Positions 60,120-64,000 of a DNA stretch of 64,000 nt are shown here, in pieces. Position 1 is the first letter of the stretch; each line of letters opens with the position of its first letter. Both the position numbers and the translations under genes were made by a program. The notes beneath the pieces were generated by a model. The model saw nothing but the letters and a program-made list of their open reading frames with translations. It ran no database searches and had not been told where the DNA came from. This DNA comes from Nitrospira sp. Lineage in GTDB: Bacteria > Nitrospirota > Nitrospiria > Nitrospirales > Nitrospiraceae. The stretch lies in contig AP038806.1 of NCBI GenBank assembly GCA_047150005.1, forward strand, positions 2,048,001 through 2,112,000. The letters run 5' to 3'.

Positions 60120-62113
60120 TACGACGCCTCCGTTCGCGAGAGATCCACGGTGACGCAGGTGCCGTGGTCCGGTTTGCTGGTTAACCGCAGCCGGGCGCCG
60201 ATCGTTTTCGCCCTGGCGGCCATGTTCACAAGGCCGTGGCCCTGTCTGCGCTTGAGCTTCGGGACGAAACCGATGCCGTCGTCGCAGATTTGCATCCGCA
60301 TACCGGCGGGTCCCAGCGGGCTGAGCCGGACGGACCGGTGCGTCGCCTTGGCATGGCGCACGCTGTTGCTCAGCGCTTCGCGCGCGATATTCAGCAGCTG
60401 CTCGGCCTGCTCCGTGGTGATGAGGTCGAGCACGCCGTCCTTGACCTCCAGCTCGGGAGGACGATGTCCGGCCGTCGAGAAGGCCGAGACCAGCTGGCGC
60501 AACGCTTCGTGGAGATCCATCTTGGGGCTCCCGCCCCGCTTCAGCAAGGTGATGAAGTGCCGCACGTCGCTGACGAGGCGGTTCAATTGGTCGATCGCCT
60601 GGCTTGCATGGACCTTCGCTCGTCTGGCGGACGTGCCGGACGCCAGCCTGCTCGCTTCCAGCTGCATACCGACCGCATAGAGGGACTGCAGAATGTTGTC
60701 GTGCAGATCCTGGCTGAACCGTTCGCGTTCCTCGGTGGCGCGTTTCTGGTCCGTGATGTCCTGCACGGCGGCCAGCAGGAGGGGGCCGGGATGATTGGGC
60801 AACTCGATGCCGGCGGCCTTGACGGAGACCCAGATGACTTGCCCGGTTTTCCGGATGTATCGCTTCTCGATCGTGTATCCTTCCCGCAGACCTCGATAGA
60901 ATTCGTCCGTCAGCTTCAGATTGCTCGCGAGATCGTCGGGATGGGTATAGAGGTCGTAGGTTCGGCCCAGGAGTTCTTGTTCCGCGTGGCCGGTCAACGT
61001 GCAGAATGCCTTGTTCGCGGTCAGCAGCCTCCGCTGTGAATCCAAGATCACCAGCCCCACGGGAGCTTCGGACACAAATCGCTGCAGGAGCAGTTCGCTG
61101 GCGCGCAAGGCGTCCTCCGCCCGCTTGCGCTCGGAGACGTCCTCGACGACGACAATGAAGTACGCCGGAGCGCCGGCGGCGGTTCGGACCAGCGAGACGG
61201 TCAGACTGACCCAGATCCAGGTGTCGTCGCATCGGCGGCACCGTCGCTCCGTCGAATAGGAGGCGAGAATGCCCGCCGTCAATTCGTCGAGATAGCGAAG
61301 ATTGAGCGGGAGGTCGTCGGGATGCGTCAGCTCCTGAAACGTCAGACCCTGCATGGCGGCCGGGGTGAAGCCCAGCGTCTTGCACAGACAGGGATTGACG
61401 CGTAGGCACTGCCCGCTCAGGCTCCATTGGGCGATGCCGACACCGGCATGCTCGAACAGCGCCTTCCAGCGCTCTTCGCTTTCCCGGACGAAGTCTTCCG
61501 TCATCCGCCGGGCGGTCACGTCCTCGCAGACCACCAGCACCAGGATCCGGCCGGCGCGATCCAGGATGCTCTGAGCCCGTTCCTTGACCCATAACGTCGT
61601 GCCGTCTTTGCGGATCTTTTGGATCTCCCATTCGAACAGCTTGTCGAGACTGGCCGTGCACACACGGATCTGCGCGAGCACCGTCTCGTGATCCTCCGGT
61701 CTGAACACCGCGAGGACGGAGCGGCCGGTCAGTTCCTGAGAGAGATACCCCAACTGCTCAGCGCCATAGTTGTTCACGGAGAGGATCAGCCCGTCCGGGG
61801 ACAGGGTGAAATACATGGAGGGATTGTTATCGTAGAGCGACCGATACCGGTGCTCGCTCTCATGCAGCGCCGACTCGATGGATTCCCGCTGGAGCAGGTT
61901 GTGTTCCAAGTGCCCGATCACCCGCGCAAGCTGCGCGCCGCAATCCTGCATACCGCCGCGGAGCTCGGTGCACAGACTTCGGTCGAGTCCAGCGTCGAAT
62001 TCGACGGATTGCTCCATGGCTCGACGGAGTCCGGTCAATTGCGTGAGCAGGAGATGGAGGTCGGCCGCGGCGGAGGACTCGCTGTCGGAATGCCGAATCA
62101 TGGGTTGCTCCAT
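60119..62113 (-). CDS. Soluble sensor histidine kinase with three PAS domains (HisKA_3); start uncertain
   Basis: Three PAS-PAC repeats (THPDD, IRKDG), DLHDNILQSLY, REALSNSVRH, DDGIGF, GHGLVNM. Confidence 0.92.
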   Translation of the reverse strand: MEQPMIRHSDSESSAAADLHLLLTQLTGLRRAMEQSVEFDAGLDRSLCTELRGGMQDCGAQLARVIGHLEHNLLQRESIESALHESEHRYRSLYDNNPSMYFTLSPDGLILSVNNYGAEQLGYLSQELTGRSVLAVFRPEDHETVLAQIRVCTASLDKLFEWEIQKIRKDGTTLWVKERAQSILDRAGRILVLVVCEDVTARRMTEDFVRESEERWKALFEHAGVGIAQWSLSGQCLRVNPCLCKTLGFTPAAMQGLTFQELTHPDDLPLNLRYLDELTAGILASYSTERRCRRCDDTWIWVSLTVSLVRTAAGAPAYFIVVVEDVSERKRAEDALRASELLLQRFVSEAPVGLVILDSQRRLLTANKAFCTLTGHAEQELLGRTYDLYTHPDDLASNLKLTDEFYRGLREGYTIEKRYIRKTGQVIWVSVKAAGIELPNHPGPLLLAAVQDITDQKRATEERERFSQDLHDNILQSLYAVGMQLEASRLASGTSARRAKVHASQAIDQLNRLVSDVRHFITLLKRGGSPKMDLHEALRQLVSAFSTAGHRPPELEVKDGVLDLITTEQAEQLLNIAREALSNSVRHAKATHRSVRLSPLGPAGMRMQICDDGIGFVPKLKRRQGHGLVNMAARAKTIGARLRLTSKPDHGTCVTVDLSRTEAS

Positions 62114-62279
62114 GTCGGACGCGTCGGCTGCCGGATCGAATCCGGTACCCGACGCCCCGCGGGCTGCCTGGACCGATGGACGGAAGACTAGCATAGAACG
62201 CTTCGTCGTGGAATTGCTAGATCAAAGGACCGGCTGCGCGGGGGACTGGTAGAGCGGGTGGAACAGACAGGACGGTTTC

Positions 62280-62957
62280 CTACGTATTGGGCCCTGAGTA
62301 CGTCGAGCGGCCTTCCTTGATAAACCAGGCCACCGCTTCGGTTCGACGCCTGACGTTGAGCTTCTCGAAGATGTTGGCGAGGTAGTTTTTGACCGTCTTG
62401 TCGCTTAAGCTCAGATGCGCAGCGATTTCCTTGTTGGTCTTGCCTTGCGCGAGGAGAGGCACGATCAAACGCTCTTGCGGGGAGAGCTTGGGGCTTTGGC
62501 GGCCGTTGCCTTCAGCCCGGTACTGCGTTCGGATCCAATGCAACGCCTGCTGGGCGACCCGAGGGTCCAAATGGCCTCGGCCGCCGGCGACCGCGCGGAT
62601 GGCCTGGATCAATTCGTCGGTGCGAATATCCTTCAGGACGTATCCGTGGGCGCCGCTCTGCACGGCCCCGATGATCGAGGCGTCCTCCGCATAGCTCGTC
62701 AAGATGAGAATGCGGAGGTTGGGCGCGACGGCGAGGAGCTTGCGGCAAGCGTCCATGCCGGTCGCGTCCGGTAACTTGACGTCGAGCAGGACCACCTGGG
62801 GTTTGACCCGTTCGACCACGGCCAACGCCTCCGCCACGGTCCCGGCCTCCCCGATGATCTTGAAGTCCTGCTCCAAGCTCAGCAGCGAGCGAAGACCGTG
62901 TCGGACGACCTCATGATCGTCGACGATGACGATCTTGAGCGGGAGATCCTTTGTCAT
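62280..62957 (-). CDS. NarL/LuxR (DosR-like) response regulator
   Basis: VIVDDHEVVR, LLDVKLPD, GYVLK, GKTNKEIA..LSDKTVKNY. Confidence 0.93.
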   Translation of the reverse strand: MTKDLPLKIVIVDDHEVVRHGLRSLLSLEQDFKIIGEAGTVAEALAVVERVKPQVVLLDVKLPDATGMDACRKLLAVAPNLRILILTSYAEDASIIGAVQSGAHGYVLKDIRTDELIQAIRAVAGGRGHLDPRVAQQALHWIRTQYRAEGNGRQSPKLSPQERLIVPLLAQGKTNKEIAAHLSLSDKTVKNYLANIFEKLNVRRRTEAVAWFIKEGRSTYSGPNT

Positions 62958-63658
62958 AGTGCCAGATGCTCGGGTTCCAGGGCGAACTCCACAAGAATGT
63001 GGGTCCCTTCCCCGACATGCGAACGGACCAGGAGTCGTCCACCGAGCTTCTTGGCCCGTGCGGACATGTTGGCGAATCCATAGCCCTTTGTGCGATTGTC
63101 TCCCTGCGTGAAGCCCACCCCGTCGTCCGCGATCGTCAACCGGAGGTGATGTCCTTGGGCGTAGAGAGAGATGCTGGCTCGGGTCGCCTTGGCGTGGCGG
63201 ACGCAATTGCTCACCGCCTCACGGATGATCATCAGGACTTCCCGCTTTTCTTCGTTGGTCGCTACGGCGATGGCACGGGGCGCGATATCGATGCTGATCT
63301 GAAGCGTGCTGATGTCCCGGTAGGTCTTGATGAGGGTCTTGAGCTCGGACACGAGGTCGAATTCCTGCACGTTGCCTGATTCCAGGGTGCGGATCATGTT
63401 GCGGACCTCTTGGATCAGGGTGTTGAGCTGGTCGATGAGCAGATCATCAGCCCGGCCGGACACCGGCCGTCGCTGGGGTTGTGCCCGTCTGTTCGATTCG
63501 ATGGTCAGTCCGATGGCGTACAGCGACTGCAGCACGCAGTCGTGTAAGTCTCGGGTGAGCTGTCCGCGATCCTCGACCAAGGCCGCCAAACGATGCTCCA
63601 TGGCCCGCAATGCCACGGTCAGATCGTTCCGCCTCTGCGCCGGGCCGAAGGGCTCCAT
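62954..63658 (-). CDS. Histidine kinase (HisKA_3 + HATPase) with no evident sensor domain
   Basis: DLHDCVLQSLY, REAVSNCVRH, DDGVGF, GYGFANM; ATGA overlap with the regulator gene. Confidence 0.88.
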   Translation of the reverse strand: MEPFGPAQRRNDLTVALRAMEHRLAALVEDRGQLTRDLHDCVLQSLYAIGLTIESNRRAQPQRRPVSGRADDLLIDQLNTLIQEVRNMIRTLESGNVQEFDLVSELKTLIKTYRDISTLQISIDIAPRAIAVATNEEKREVLMIIREAVSNCVRHAKATRASISLYAQGHHLRLTIADDGVGFTQGDNRTKGYGFANMSARAKKLGGRLLVRSHVGEGTHILVEFALEPEHLAL

Positions 63659-63970
63659 GGTTCCGATCGCGCCCTGACTGTGTTGAGCCGATCGAAAGCG
63701 CTGTGGTCTTGTGCCGGATTGGCCGGCGCCTCTGATCACCTGTAACCCATGCGTGCGATCACCCACGCCTCACCTCTCCCTTTCCGCCAGGCGGATTGCC
63801 GTGGCTGTGTCGGCGGCTGTACTGCGCAACCCTCTCAATACTGGATCCCTAACTATCACGATCATCGAGCGCGATCACCTGGCGAGTCGGCCAGGTGACG
63901 GAGTAGGCGGGAAATGAAACCATGCGCCGCGTCTCCACGGCCTTGAACCGCTGCTCAGAAGGAGGACGAA

Positions 63971-64000
63971 ATGAGCGACTTGGTGGTAGCCGAAGAACGG
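63971..64000 (+). CDS. Start of a gene running off the window
   Basis: AAGGAGG RBS followed by ATG AGC GAC TTG...; only 10 codons visible. Confidence 0.45.
   Translation, partial: MSDLVVAEER

Noticed and set aside
59439..61661. 740-aa response regulator with a long N-terminal extension; likewise the extended ORFs 3626-4960, 6544-7860 and 42621-45467
   Set aside because: The extensions overlap neighbouring genes in other frames; internal ATGs with translational coupling or promoters give normal-sized proteins.

Overview
A GC-rich bacterial chromosomal window. Gene content and repeat style suggest Nitrospira/Nitrospirota, but that is inference because no rRNA marker is present. About 55 CDS are supported; no rRNA, tRNA, CRISPR array, integrase or transposase was found. 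1-24 kb is mostly housekeeping: Lon-N, an ABC-2 exporter, truD, a split ArgZ-like arginine dihydrolase/ornithine cyclodeaminase pair, gpsA-larB, larC-antiporter-pdxA-rsmA and ftsK-lolA. 24.6-32.1 kb is a minus-strand cofactor/redox cluster: a UbiE-family methyltransferase, a four-helix-bundle gene, a B12-type radical SAM enzyme, a USP-USP/PCP-red/rubredoxin mosaic protein, an AhbD/NirJ-like radical SAM with a PCP-red tail, and a CopD-like membrane protein. 32.4-50.6 kb is a defence/TA-rich, partly decayed region around uvrA (Phd + zeta-like ATPase, type III-like R-M with an inserted DUF2281/PIN module, GHKL ATPase, PIN TA, PIF1 helicase, AAA-DUF4143, BrnTA remnant). 50.8-64 kb holds a HerA-like ATPase, a double-patatin operon and two tandem NarL/DosR-type two-component systems. 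The most notable unexplained structure is a family of inverted heptamer-repeat arms (AGTGCTG/CAGCACT). One pair brackets the four-helix-bundle gene, 'empty' pairs occupy two other junctions of the same cluster, and one arm sits in-frame inside a protein. Also notable are the PCP-red-domain module, in-frame palindromic insertions in the methyltransferase, and many apparently leaderless promoters. All family assignments are from motif recognition by eye, not database searches.
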